Below are positions 44,401 to 52,723 of a DNA stretch of 64,000 nucleotides, piece after piece. The notes under the pieces were generated by a model that did not search any database, was not told the DNA's origin, and was given only the letters and a program-made list of their open reading frames with translations. The DNA comes from Synechococcus sp. (lineage in GTDB: Bacteria > Cyanobacteriota > Cyanobacteriia > Thermostichales > PCC-7336): contig JBFRWD010000140.1 in NCBI GenBank assembly GCA_051439425.1, forward strand, positions 26,309-90,308. The letters run 5' to 3'. The stretch's first letter is position 1, and each line of letters starts with the position of its first letter. The translations under genes and the position numbers were made by a program.

Positions 44401-44852
44401 GCCTTACAAGTGGTGGTGAGGATATAGATAGTGTTGCTTTCACACCGAATGGTGACTTAGTTATTGGTGTCACAGGAACCTTTAATGCCGGCGGTGTTTC
44501 CGCTCAAGATGAAGACCTGATCGTGTTCGAAGCCACTAGTTTGGGAGCAAACACTAGTGGCAACTTATCGCTGTATTTTGATGGGTCTGATGTCGGTTTA
44601 GATTCTTCCTCTGAAGATGTGGATGGCTTCTGGGTTGCCCCAGATAGTGAACTTGTCTTAAGTACTCGCGGCAACTTTTCTGTTCCCAATGGGAGTGGCG
44701 ATGGTGATGACCTGACCCAATTTATGCCAATTTCTCTGGGAACTAATACTGCCGGCACTTTTGGGGGAACGATTTTTGACGGAGATGACGCGGGGTTTTC
44801 AACTGTTGATGCATTCTCCCTCTACTCTGCTGGTCTGCAAACTCTGCCGTAA
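41427..44852 (+). CDS. AGE-family (N-acylglucosamine/cellobiose 2-epimerase-like) domain fused to FDGSDVG repeats and Ig-like domains
   Basis: QSRLIF, YGEAFAIFGLA, HTFEAL, GHIVE, KIWWEQNE, YHVT; LIFTASNWNQPQTV; 8 FDGSDVG-type repeats; DTTPP..PTDNATNV..FSE Ig-like module. Confidence 0.85.
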   Translation: MSISIWDTSELIVNNLYYWLNSSPLSNGFFRTSLNRQWQPTGTQVASVVSQSRLIFTMSMGYRLTGDESFRAAVVRGADFLLNYFPNNAQGDGKWYWSVLPDGTVSTVSDPNGRADLNRYGEAFAIFGLANAYQVNPDSRYLDAALSTLRNLDLWTDIETYPETVHDHEKTFNSVLHTFEALLYLSDVALPNSSLWKEIQIKADSLATFIFSELYNSTGHIPEKFNAQWQPLSTSAGGYIEVGHIVEMAFFISAAIERGLIPGNYLSQGQKLLDFGIEHGYDAQNGGIITRVSETGQPIRTDKIWWEQNELLRTIAQYASLHGREDLWSLFRQTSHYVETNFIDEVYGGWYAQPADVLGDNEAAKAKGNIWKVGYHVTTMHAQAIQLYERGELGLGASVHINFPNAVSVGDDSSASYEISLAVQPTEPVIITVTDEEDSTGTPTTLIFTASNWNQPQTVAIDTDNVLPEDSLLNINLQVSQTSSDPNYNQLSPLDLVTQISIGSTSPPASDTLHFSLNSAQTFSDLNLNPIDIVEFDGTGFRLFFDGSDVGLTTGKIDAIDVISDTEILLSFNNAIRVPGLGTVDDSDIVRFTANSLGENTLGTFSLEFDASDVGLRSGSEDVDAITLLPDGSLLISTTGSLNPGSGTIAADEDIVLFTPTSLGETTAGSFSLYVDSSDIGLGSEDVDAFGINATGDLYFSTTNSFIVSGLSGDDEDVFGFTPSSLGNSTSGSFASALFFDGDRFGLAVNDITGLDISGNGASGAPGDTTPPSISSLTPTDNATNVPVGSNLQIQFSEVVQAGTGTIVLKRLSDGSEIESINVTSNQVTISGSTVTIDPSDLAADTDIYVEIAAGAFEDGAGNDFAGIADDTTWNFTTAAPPVGLDNLVFVSSQGNGSVGGVSYRDEDVLTYDPSTGSWEQFFDGSDVGITADTNAVHVMDDGSVLLSFESAVTVSGLGTVDDSDIIRFTPTSTGANTAGSFELYFDGSDVGLTSGGEDIDSVAFTPNGDLVIGVTGTFNAGGVSAQDEDLIVFEATSLGANTSGNLSLYFDGSDVGLDSSSEDVDGFWVAPDSELVLSTRGNFSVPNGSGDGDDLTQFMPISLGTNTAGTFGGTIFDGDDAGFSTVDAFSLYSAGLQTLP

Positions 44853-44859
44853 TTCTGCG

Positions 44860-45702
44860 CTGAAACAACACAAGGTGACCAGCTCGACCAGTTGCGACAG
44901 CGACTCCAATCGCCTCTACCGGATGGTGGTTTGTGGAGTGGTCCCAAAGTTGCGAAGGTGCTCTCCGAAATGCTGGGCCGTCAAGTGTGGCCGCAAGGGG
45001 GGTGGGATTATCTCAGGCGTCTAGGTTACTACTCCCCTCAGCGTCCCCGTCCCAACCACCTCAAGGGGGATAAGCAGGAGCAAACGACCTTAAAAAAACT
45101 GCCGACTCTCAAAGCAGCGTTGGAATGACATCACCCTTCGGCCACCGTTGAAATCTGGTCGTTTGACGAACATTGCCTCGGTCTCAAACCCATCCTACAA
45201 ACGCTTTGGGTCCAATTGGCGCACGCCCTATTGCCCAGTCCATCATTCCTATGAATGGACTTATTTGTATGGTTTGTCCATCCCGCCACAGGAGATACTG
45301 AATGGCTGATTTTGCCTCGGGTCAATACCACTTGGTTCAATCAATCCTTGCAAATCTTAGCCCAACAAGTCGGGGCCGGGGCTGATAAGCACATCCTACT
45401 GGTCCTTGACGGGGCTGGATAGCACAGCAGCCAGAAGGTTGTTGTTCCCGATGGCATCCATCTGGTCTTTCTTCCTCCCTATTCTCCGGAATTACAACCA
45501 GCTGAACGGCTTTGGTCATTAGCAGATGAGCCTCTCGCTAACCGCTACTTCGATACTCTCGATCGGCTTGAAGATGTGCTAGAACAACGGTGCCGCACAT
45601 TATCTTCCATACAAGGAGACATACAAGCCCTCACCAACTATCATTGGTGGCCTTAATTCAGAACCTATTTTTTCTGGGGTAAAAAACAGCGGATTTGGTA
45701 TA
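44860..45702 (+). mobile_element. IS630-family remnant (5'-truncated, with stops and frameshifts)
   Basis: DGGLWSGPKVA, WSFDEH, LVLDGAG*H, LPPYSPELQPAERLW, YHWWP* (ends 45656); terminus GCGGATTTGGTATA ending in TA. Confidence 0.85.
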
Positions 45703-45705
45703 AGT

Positions 45706-45894
45706 CACTTCTTCAGCATATTCACTTGGGTCTCGGTAGTAGAGAGATCGATTTGCTGTGCTTTGAAAAGAAGAATATAGATAGCAGGAACGAGAACCAC
45801 TGCCGAATCAGCTCGTTTGTACCCGATTGAATTCAAAACTGGCTATGCAAGTCGACAGTGCTGATTGGTTATATCCAAAACCCGCAACCAGTTG
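45706..45894 (+). mobile_element. Isolated second copy of the IS5 right end
   Basis: Direct repeat of 41056-41253 with a ~12-bp deletion; ends in CCAAAACCCGCAACCAGTTG, a 19/20 inverted match to 40065-40084. Confidence 0.85.
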
Positions 45895-45960
45895 TTTAAC
45901 TTTCAGCACATGCTCTTGACGGAGCCACATGGTTGATAAAGTCACTAGACCTCTTGTCTT

Positions 45961-46794
45961 TTACTCCTTCAGCTCCGATTGCTTGCCTCGACGCAACGAA
46001 AAGAATTGGTAGGAGGCGATCGCCAGCCCCACCAGAGCAAACGACACTACTGTCGTCACTGTTCCCAACGCATAAATAGCCGGAGTGGTGACATTGGTGG
46101 TCATACCAAACACTTCCAGTGGCAGCGTGTTATTCTCTCCAGCAATCAGCGATGTACGGGTAAATTCGTCGTAGGACAGCGTGAAGCTGAGGATGCCAAC
46201 GCCAAGCAAACTGGGGGCGATTAAGGGCAAGACAATTTCGCGAAACGTGGTGAACCCACCGGCTCCCAAATCGCGGGCGGCTTCTTCGTAAAAGGGATTA
46301 AAGCGATTGAAAATCCCCAGGACGATCAAAAAAGCAAACGGCAGCGTCCAGGTCAGGTGACCGGCCAATGCCGAGGAATACCACTGAATTTGCAGTCCCA
46401 GCACCTCGAACAGCAGAGCGATCCCCAAAGAGAGCAGAATGCCAGGGACGATCAAGCTGGCCACCGTAAGGTAGAACAGCGGAGATGAACCTCGAAAGGG
46501 TCTTCGAAACGCAAAGCCAGCGCTGAGGGCGATCGCCACTGTCAGCATTGCAACGAGCAGACCGAGGAGGAGGGATCTGCCAAAGGGTTCGATAAAGCTA
46601 CCGACAATTTGGTCTTCAAATACTCCCAAAATCCAGCCAAAGCCAAACCCACGCATCGGAAACGTCAGAGAGCCACTGGGACCTTGGAAGGACAGGGTGA
46701 AGATGGCCAGCATGGGGCCGTAGAGATAGAAAACAAACAAGCTGAAGAAGCCTGCTAGCAGATAGAAAGCGATCGGTTTTCGACTGGGGGTCAT
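45961..46794 (-). CDS. ABC transporter permease (PotC-like)
   Basis: EEAARDLGA EAA loop, FTLSYDEF, TLPL. Confidence 0.92.
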   Translation of the reverse strand: MTPSRKPIAFYLLAGFFSLFVFYLYGPMLAIFTLSFQGPSGSLTFPMRGFGFGWILGVFEDQIVGSFIEPFGRSLLLGLLVAMLTVAIALSAGFAFRRPFRGSSPLFYLTVASLIVPGILLSLGIALLFEVLGLQIQWYSSALAGHLTWTLPFAFLIVLGIFNRFNPFYEEAARDLGAGGFTTFREIVLPLIAPSLLGVGILSFTLSYDEFTRTSLIAGENNTLPLEVFGMTTNVTTPAIYALGTVTTVVSFALVGLAIASYQFFSLRRGKQSELKE

Positions 46795-46849
46795 GACGCT
46801 AACGCTCGAAGAAGTGAATTTTGAATTCAAAAATAGAGACGAAGATCGC

Positions 46850-47707
46850 CTAGAGTTGTTTGCGAATATCGACAGCTCGCAAAATTCCGGCAACAAACAA
46901 CACGGTCACCATCAACAAAATGGCAGCATTTGCAGAGGCCAGCGGATATTGCAGACTGCCAATTTGGTTGCTAATCAGATAACCAACGGAGGATGATTGA
47001 CCGCCCCCCATCCAGCGAACGGTAATAAATTCCCCCATCACCAGCGTTACGACAAAGATCGACCCAATAGCGATCCCCGGTCGCGAGAGTGGCAAAATTA
47101 TTTCTTTGAATACTTGCAACCCTGAAGCTCCCAAATCTCGGCTGGCAGCAATCAAACTGGGCTCAATTCGAATCAAGCTATTGAAAATCGGCACCACCAT
47201 AAACAGGACGTACAGGTGGACCAGCGCCAGCACCACGGCAAAATCAGAAAACAGCAGCTTTTCTAACGGTGTCTCGATTAAATTCAGATTCATCAATGTC
47301 TGGTTAACCAAGCCCTCCCGCCCTAACAGCGGTACCCACGAAATCATGCGAATGATGTTGGATGTGAAAAAAGGAATGGTACAGATCACAAACCAAATTA
47401 ACTGCCATTTCAAACTAGCAATATGAAATGCCAAGAAATAGGCAACAGGGTACGCAATCAGTAGCGAAATCCCCCAGACCAAACTGACAAACTTAAATGT
47501 GTTGAGATACGTATCTAGATAGACGCGGCTAGTAAAAATGCTGATGTAATTATCAAATGAAAAAGCGGCAGTCATGGAAAAGCCGTTGAACTGCCAAAAA
47601 CTGACGATGACAATTAAGAGAATGGGCAAGACCAAAAAGATTGCCAGCACCAGAAGTTGCGGCAACACCAAAAGGTAGGGCTGAATTGTTGAGCGGAGCT
47701 TGGTCAT
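46850..47707 (-). CDS. ABC transporter permease (PotB-like)
   Basis: IPFFTSNIIR, AASRDLGA, LPLSRPG. Confidence 0.92.
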   Translation of the reverse strand: MTKLRSTIQPYLLVLPQLLVLAIFLVLPILLIVIVSFWQFNGFSMTAAFSFDNYISIFTSRVYLDTYLNTFKFVSLVWGISLLIAYPVAYFLAFHIASLKWQLIWFVICTIPFFTSNIIRMISWVPLLGREGLVNQTLMNLNLIETPLEKLLFSDFAVVLALVHLYVLFMVVPIFNSLIRIEPSLIAASRDLGASGLQVFKEIILPLSRPGIAIGSIFVVTLVMGEFITVRWMGGGQSSSVGYLISNQIGSLQYPLASANAAILLMVTVLFVAGILRAVDIRKQL

Positions 47708-47972
47708 GAATTCGGATTCTGACGAGCGAGAGGGGCTTGATGGAAGGGGGTCACACTCTTTACCTGGCTGGCTGCAATCCACATGCAACTCATCGCGCTA
47801 TTTAGCCTGAGTTCGATAGCCTTCATCTCCACCCCTTCACCTACGTTGAGGTAGGGAGCAAGAGACAAGCCGACGAATAGTTTCGGATAACGATGAGAGT
47901 AATATCTTGCTCGAGTAACTCTGTCGGATGGACTGGGTTCTTCGTAAGGGTTGACAGGCAACTAAACCAAAC

Positions 47973-48004
47973 CAGGGAAAAGGGCCCAAAGACCCCTCTC
48001 CCTG
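47973..48004 (-). terminator. Intra-operon stem-loop after the substrate-binding protein gene
   Basis: Minus strand CAGGGAGAGGGGTC-TTTG-GGCCCTTTTCCCTG (14 bp with G-U pairs), then GTTTGGTTT. Confidence 0.65.
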
Positions 48005-48043
48005 AAACGCGGTTAGCGAAATGAGTGTGCAGCAACCAACGAG

Positions 48044-49351
48044 TTAGGCAGCAATGAATTCATTCCACTTTTGAACCAAGTAGGTTTGCTCGTCCATCAC
48101 GGAGTTCCAGCACACAATGTTGCCTACACGTTCTTTAAACGCTCCGCCATCGCGAACGGCTCCGGCATCGGCAATCTTGGTTCCAAACGGATCGACAATC
48201 TCCTGAGCTGCAGGCTTACCTTCGTACCAGAAGTCCCACTCGTAAGGCTCCATAAACTGCCGCGAGTTTTCAGGAGCAGCACTGTAGTATCCCTGGCGGC
48301 CCAAGAAAGCCCCCAACCAGCCATCCATCATCCAATTAAGATACTCGTAGGCCGCATCTAATTCGATACCCGACAGGTTCTTGGAGAGGCCAACGCCGCC
48401 ACCCCAACCGCGATAGCCCTCTTGCAGAGGTCCGTACTGACATTCCAAACCGCGTGCCCGCACAGCAGTAACGGCAGGCGACCACATCGACTGCAGAATA
48501 ACCTCACCGGAGGACATCAAGTTCACCGATTCGTCGAATGTTTTCCAGAAGGCACGGAATTGACCGTCGCGCTTGCGTTCGATCAAGACTTTAGCCACTT
48601 CATCCAGCTCGGCTTTGGTCATGTTGCCTTTGTCACCGAAGGTCATCATGCCAGTGGCTTCAATTACCATGGCCGCGTCCATGATGCCAATGGACGGGAT
48701 GTCTAGAATGGAAGTTTTTCCTTTAAATTGCTCGTCGAATAGTTGTGCCCAAGACGTGATTTCGGTGCCCACCAGGTCGGGACGCCATCCCAAGGTATCG
48801 GCGTTGTATTGGAACGGTAACAGCGTGGCCCAATCAGTTTGCCCGTCGGCAAATTCGTTGGAATCTTGCCCTTTCAGATACATCACTTTGTACGGAGCTG
48901 TCCCTTGGGACGTTTCCACTGGCATGCCATCAAATTGACCGGTGGTGAAAAACGGGACAATTTTGTCAAATTGATCGATCTTATTGATATCGATCGGTTG
49001 CAAGTTACCGGAGGGAACAACCAACGGCAGGCTGAAATACTCGCCGTCAAAGATATCCCACTGCCGCGGTTGAGTAATCGCTTTGCGATTATTTTCGTCG
49101 GTGCTCAGTGGGGTCATCACCACCTTGAACCCCAAATCTTCCTCGATTTTCTCTTTGATCCCTTCAGTTTGCGAAACGCCAGTACCGATAAACCGCAGGG
49201 TAACGTCGCTAATCTGCTTGGTAATGATAATAGGACCGCGACGGGGAGCAGCTTTGGCAGGGCTGGTCAAATTTGACATCCCCTTCGTCGCCAACATCGA
49301 CCCAGCAGCAAGTCCGGTTTGAAGTAGACGGCGACGTGAAAGCTTAGACAT
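48044..49351 (-). CDS. ABC substrate-binding protein (PotD/PotF-like) with Tat signal
   Basis: SRRRLLQ twin-arginine leader, SWAQLFD, GEVILQSMWSP, EGYRGW, AAYEYLNW. Confidence 0.9.
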   Translation of the reverse strand: MSKLSRRRLLQTGLAAGSMLATKGMSNLTSPAKAAPRRGPIIITKQISDVTLRFIGTGVSQTEGIKEKIEEDLGFKVVMTPLSTDENNRKAITQPRQWDIFDGEYFSLPLVVPSGNLQPIDINKIDQFDKIVPFFTTGQFDGMPVETSQGTAPYKVMYLKGQDSNEFADGQTDWATLLPFQYNADTLGWRPDLVGTEITSWAQLFDEQFKGKTSILDIPSIGIMDAAMVIEATGMMTFGDKGNMTKAELDEVAKVLIERKRDGQFRAFWKTFDESVNLMSSGEVILQSMWSPAVTAVRARGLECQYGPLQEGYRGWGGGVGLSKNLSGIELDAAYEYLNWMMDGWLGAFLGRQGYYSAAPENSRQFMEPYEWDFWYEGKPAAQEIVDPFGTKIADAGAVRDGGAFKERVGNIVCWNSVMDEQTYLVQKWNEFIAA

Positions 49352-49409
49352 AATCACTCCTTGCAATGTTAAAGAGAGTTAAAACAGGGCGTGCCAACGA
49401 GGTTGGCTC

Positions 49410-50561
49410 TCAGTGAGGAAGAAAAACACAGTCTTCAACGGTCCACCCTAAGCCAATTGTCTGACCTTCTTGATAGCCAGACTTCAGCCAGTCATCGGTG
49501 CGGACCTTGAATAACAAATCGCGGCCATCCCGTTCGTTGACGAGAGACACTCGACTCACAAACCCAGTAAACTCCACCGAACAAATGCGAGCGGTAAGTT
49601 GATTGGGTAGGGACGAATGGTGGGACGCGGAATTGACGATCTGCAGGCGATCGCCGCGAATACAGCAGGCCGGTTGCTCACTGATATGGGAGGCATCCCC
49701 TTGGCAAACAACCCGACCGATCCCCGGAACATTCAGCACGATCTCCGAGCTCTCGGCCTGTTGAGTAATACTCTCGACCTCCCCTGGCAAGATGTTGTTA
49801 TCACCCACGAAGCGAGCCACAAATTGAGAGGCAGGGCGATTGAAAATATCGACCGGTGTCCCCACCTGATCGATACGGCCTCGGTCCATCACCACAACGC
49901 GATCGGAGAGAGAAAACGCCTCATCTTGTGAGTGGGTGACCTGGATAAAGGTCATACCAAATTGCTGTTGCAGCTTGCGTAGTTCCATCCGAGTCCGAGC
50001 CCGAAGAGATTCATCCAACGCACTTAAGGGCTCGTCCAACAGTACCACTTGAGGACGGGTGACTAGCGCCCGGGCCAGGGCAACCCGTTGTTGCTGGCCT
50101 CCACTCAGTTGAAAGGGTTTACGCTTGGCAAATTCGTCTAAATCGACCAGGGCAAGCATCTCCGAGATGCGCTGCTTCCGTTCTGTCTTGGAAACCCCCT
50201 TCATCTTGAGGCCAAAGCCAATGTTGTCCTGTACTGACTTGTGGGGGAACAGCGCATAGTTTTGGAACACCATCGCCGTATCCCGCTGGGCCGCTGGGCG
50301 ATCGTTGACCTGTTCGGTCCCGATCCAAACCTCGCCACTGCTGGCGGATTCGTGCCCGGCAATCAATCGCAGTGTGGTGGTCTTTCCACACCCGCTAGGG
50401 CCTAACAGACAAGTGTAGGAACCGGGGTCGATTTGAAGGTTTATCTGCTCTACAGCCGTAAATTGGCCAAATTGCTTGGAGACGTCTCGAAGGGTAACTC
50501 CACCCTGTTGAACCGATACTGGAGAACTTGACTGTGTCGCGCTGACGAAGGACAACCCCAT
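49410..50561 (-). CDS. ABC ATP-binding protein (PotA-like)
   Basis: GPSGCGKT, VFQNYALFPH, LSGGQQQR, LLDEP. ATG 50561 chosen because the predicted promoter lies inside the longer ORF. Confidence 0.93.
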   Translation of the reverse strand: MGLSFVSATQSSSPVSVQQGGVTLRDVSKQFGQFTAVEQINLQIDPGSYTCLLGPSGCGKTTTLRLIAGHESASSGEVWIGTEQVNDRPAAQRDTAMVFQNYALFPHKSVQDNIGFGLKMKGVSKTERKQRISEMLALVDLDEFAKRKPFQLSGGQQQRVALARALVTRPQVVLLDEPLSALDESLRARTRMELRKLQQQFGMTFIQVTHSQDEAFSLSDRVVVMDRGRIDQVGTPVDIFNRPASQFVARFVGDNNILPGEVESITQQAESSEIVLNVPGIGRVVCQGDASHISEQPACCIRGDRLQIVNSASHHSSLPNQLTARICSVEFTGFVSRVSLVNERDGRDLLFKVRTDDWLKSGYQEGQTIGLGWTVEDCVFLPH

Positions 50562-50689
50562 TACCCAAGATCCACAATTTGTTGACCAATCATGTCGCCT
50601 AGAGTTCGCCCGATGTAGAGTTCGCCCGAATGAGTCAAGCGCCTTAGGTTCGGCAAATGCAGGTGAAATCAACCAGAACACTCGGCCTG

Positions 50690-50732
50690 ACAATACGCGA
50701 TCGCCACAATGACGAATGTATTGCATGGCACA
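50690..50732 (-). promoter_or_regulatory. NtcA-activated (class II) promoter of the ABC operon
   Basis: Minus strand tGTG-ccatgcaa-TACa (50731-50718), exactly 22 nt, then TATTGT (50695-50690); fits GTA-N8-TAC-N22-TAN3T with one mismatch. Confidence 0.65.
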
Positions 50733-50954
50733 TAACGCTCTCTAGACAGTTAACCTTAGAGGAGATAACAAGCTCAAAAATACAAAGAAATTCTTCAGGA
50801 TAAATATGTATTGCCCCGTGCTGTGAGGCCCCTATCCCACCCAAATGGCTTCGTCAAACTGACGTTAACAGCGGGTTGATTTTTTTGGACAATTGCTGTG
50901 GTGTTCTCTGCTATCTGATGGCAATTCAGACCATATCCGCAAGTCGGTGAGATT

Positions 50955-52208
50955 ATGCTCAATTCCCCCCTCCAGACATTACCGTTGGCTGTCGATGGCG
51001 ATCGCCTCCTTCAGGCCCTCAAAAACCTGGGGAAAATCGGTCGTCAAGAAGAAGGCGTTGTCAGGCGTCTAGCCTTTTCGCCCGAAGACATTGAAGCCCG
51101 GAACCGAGTATCTCAATGGATGTCCGAAGCTGGGATGGCGGTGCGGATCGATGCTGCCGCTAACCTAATCGGCAAATATCCAGGACAGGAATCCGATGCC
51201 CCTGCGTTAGCGACGGGGTCTCACATCGACACAGTCCCATCTGGAGGGCAATATGACGGGGCATTGGGGGTGATTGCCGGTCTCGAAGTGGCTCGCGTCT
51301 TGCACGAGAATCAGTTAAGGCTACACCATCCGTTCGAAGTGATTGTGTTTGCGGATGAAGAGCGGACAATGGTGGGGTCTAAAGCAATGGCGGGGATTGC
51401 ACCATCCAATCCAGACGACTACTCCACCGCAACCAACGAACCGATTCAGATTTGTCTCGATCGCGCTGGAGGACATTGGGAACGGTTGGCGACAGCCAAA
51501 CGGACGGCCGCAGACCTTGCCTGTTTTTTGGAATTACATGTCGAGCAGGGGGGCGTACTGGAAGCGGTTGGCAAAGACATTGGAGTGGTGGAAGGGATTG
51601 TCGGTCAACAGCGACATCAAGTTGTGATTAAAGGGCAAGCCAATCATGCTGGGACTACCCCCATGTCGATGCGTCGAGATGCTTTGACAACAGCCGCACA
51701 GCTAATTCTGGCGGTGGAAGATATGGCCAAGCATTATTCTGGTGAGCCGGTTGCTACGGTGGGAGCAATGAACGTATGGCCCAACGCCATCAATATTGTT
51801 CCTGGCGAAGTTGAAATGAGTCTCGATCTACGGGCGTTGTCTCAAGATGTCATCGATCTGATGCTGGAGCATCTGCGGCGCAAGATTGAAACCGTGGCCG
51901 TGTCAACACGCACCCGAATCCGCATGCGCAACGAGCTCAAGGTAGACCCGATACTGGCCACGCCGAGTGTTGAAGCGGCGATCGAACAGTGCTGTGACGA
52001 GTTGGGACTGAGCCACACCCATTTACCCAGCCGTGCCAGCCACGATGCTCAAGAAATCGGCCGCTTTACCGATATGGGTATGATTTTTGTGCCCAGCCAT
52101 GAAGGAGTCAGCCACTCTGGCGAGGAATACACATCTCCAGAGCAATGCATTCAGGGGGCAAATGTACTCTTGCAGACGCTACTCAAGCTGGACGACAACT
52201 ATCAATAG
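50955..52208 (+). CDS. M20 Zn-dependent amidohydrolase (allantoate amidohydrolase / N-carbamoyl-L-amino acid hydrolase type)
   Basis: GSHIDTV, YDGALG, ADEE, ELHVEQG, ANHAGTTPM, SHDAQ, GVSHSGEE. Confidence 0.92.
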   Translation: MLNSPLQTLPLAVDGDRLLQALKNLGKIGRQEEGVVRRLAFSPEDIEARNRVSQWMSEAGMAVRIDAAANLIGKYPGQESDAPALATGSHIDTVPSGGQYDGALGVIAGLEVARVLHENQLRLHHPFEVIVFADEERTMVGSKAMAGIAPSNPDDYSTATNEPIQICLDRAGGHWERLATAKRTAADLACFLELHVEQGGVLEAVGKDIGVVEGIVGQQRHQVVIKGQANHAGTTPMSMRRDALTTAAQLILAVEDMAKHYSGEPVATVGAMNVWPNAINIVPGEVEMSLDLRALSQDVIDLMLEHLRRKIETVAVSTRTRIRMRNELKVDPILATPSVEAAIEQCCDELGLSHTHLPSRASHDAQEIGRFTDMGMIFVPSHEGVSHSGEEYTSPEQCIQGANVLLQTLLKLDDNYQ

Positions 52209-52282
52209 CGCATCTCATCCAGTGGGTTGAGTGTATCTCTCACGATCGCTTTTTCGCTAGGCGTTTATTCAATCAAAATCTA

Positions 52283-52681
52283 ATGGCGACTTCATCCACC
52301 AAGCAATTTTTTATTTGTGGGTCTGCATTACGCGGCCAGCCCGATCACGAGAACTTGAAGGGAGCGACGTTTGTCGGTGAAACCCAAACGAAACCAAAGT
52401 ATCGATTACACGCGGTCAAGGATGGCTGGCACCCTGGCATTTACGAAGTTGAGACAGGGGGAATTTCCATTCCCGGTGAAATCTACGAGATGACTACCGA
52501 GCAATACGATTACCTGTTGGGTAACGAACCCCCCGACATGTACGAAGCTCCCATAGAACTAGAAGATGGTCGGTCAGTGTCCGCGATGTTATACCCACAA
52601 GCGTTGATTGAAGCAGACAACTGGCCGGACATCTCTCATTACGGTGGCTGGGCCGCATATAAAGCGGCGGTCAGTTCGTAA
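52283..52681 (+). CDS. Stand-alone allophanate-hydrolase C-terminal-like (GGCT-fold) protein
   Basis: FICGSALRG, TKPKYRL, IPGEIYE, EPP, IELEDG, DISHYGGWAAY. Confidence 0.8.
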   Translation: MATSSTKQFFICGSALRGQPDHENLKGATFVGETQTKPKYRLHAVKDGWHPGIYEVETGGISIPGEIYEMTTEQYDYLLGNEPPDMYEAPIELEDGRSVSAMLYPQALIEADNWPDISHYGGWAAYKAAVSS

Positions 52682-52723
52682 CGTTGCCCAATCGAGAATC
52701 CCTAAGCTGAAGCATGGGAGGCT

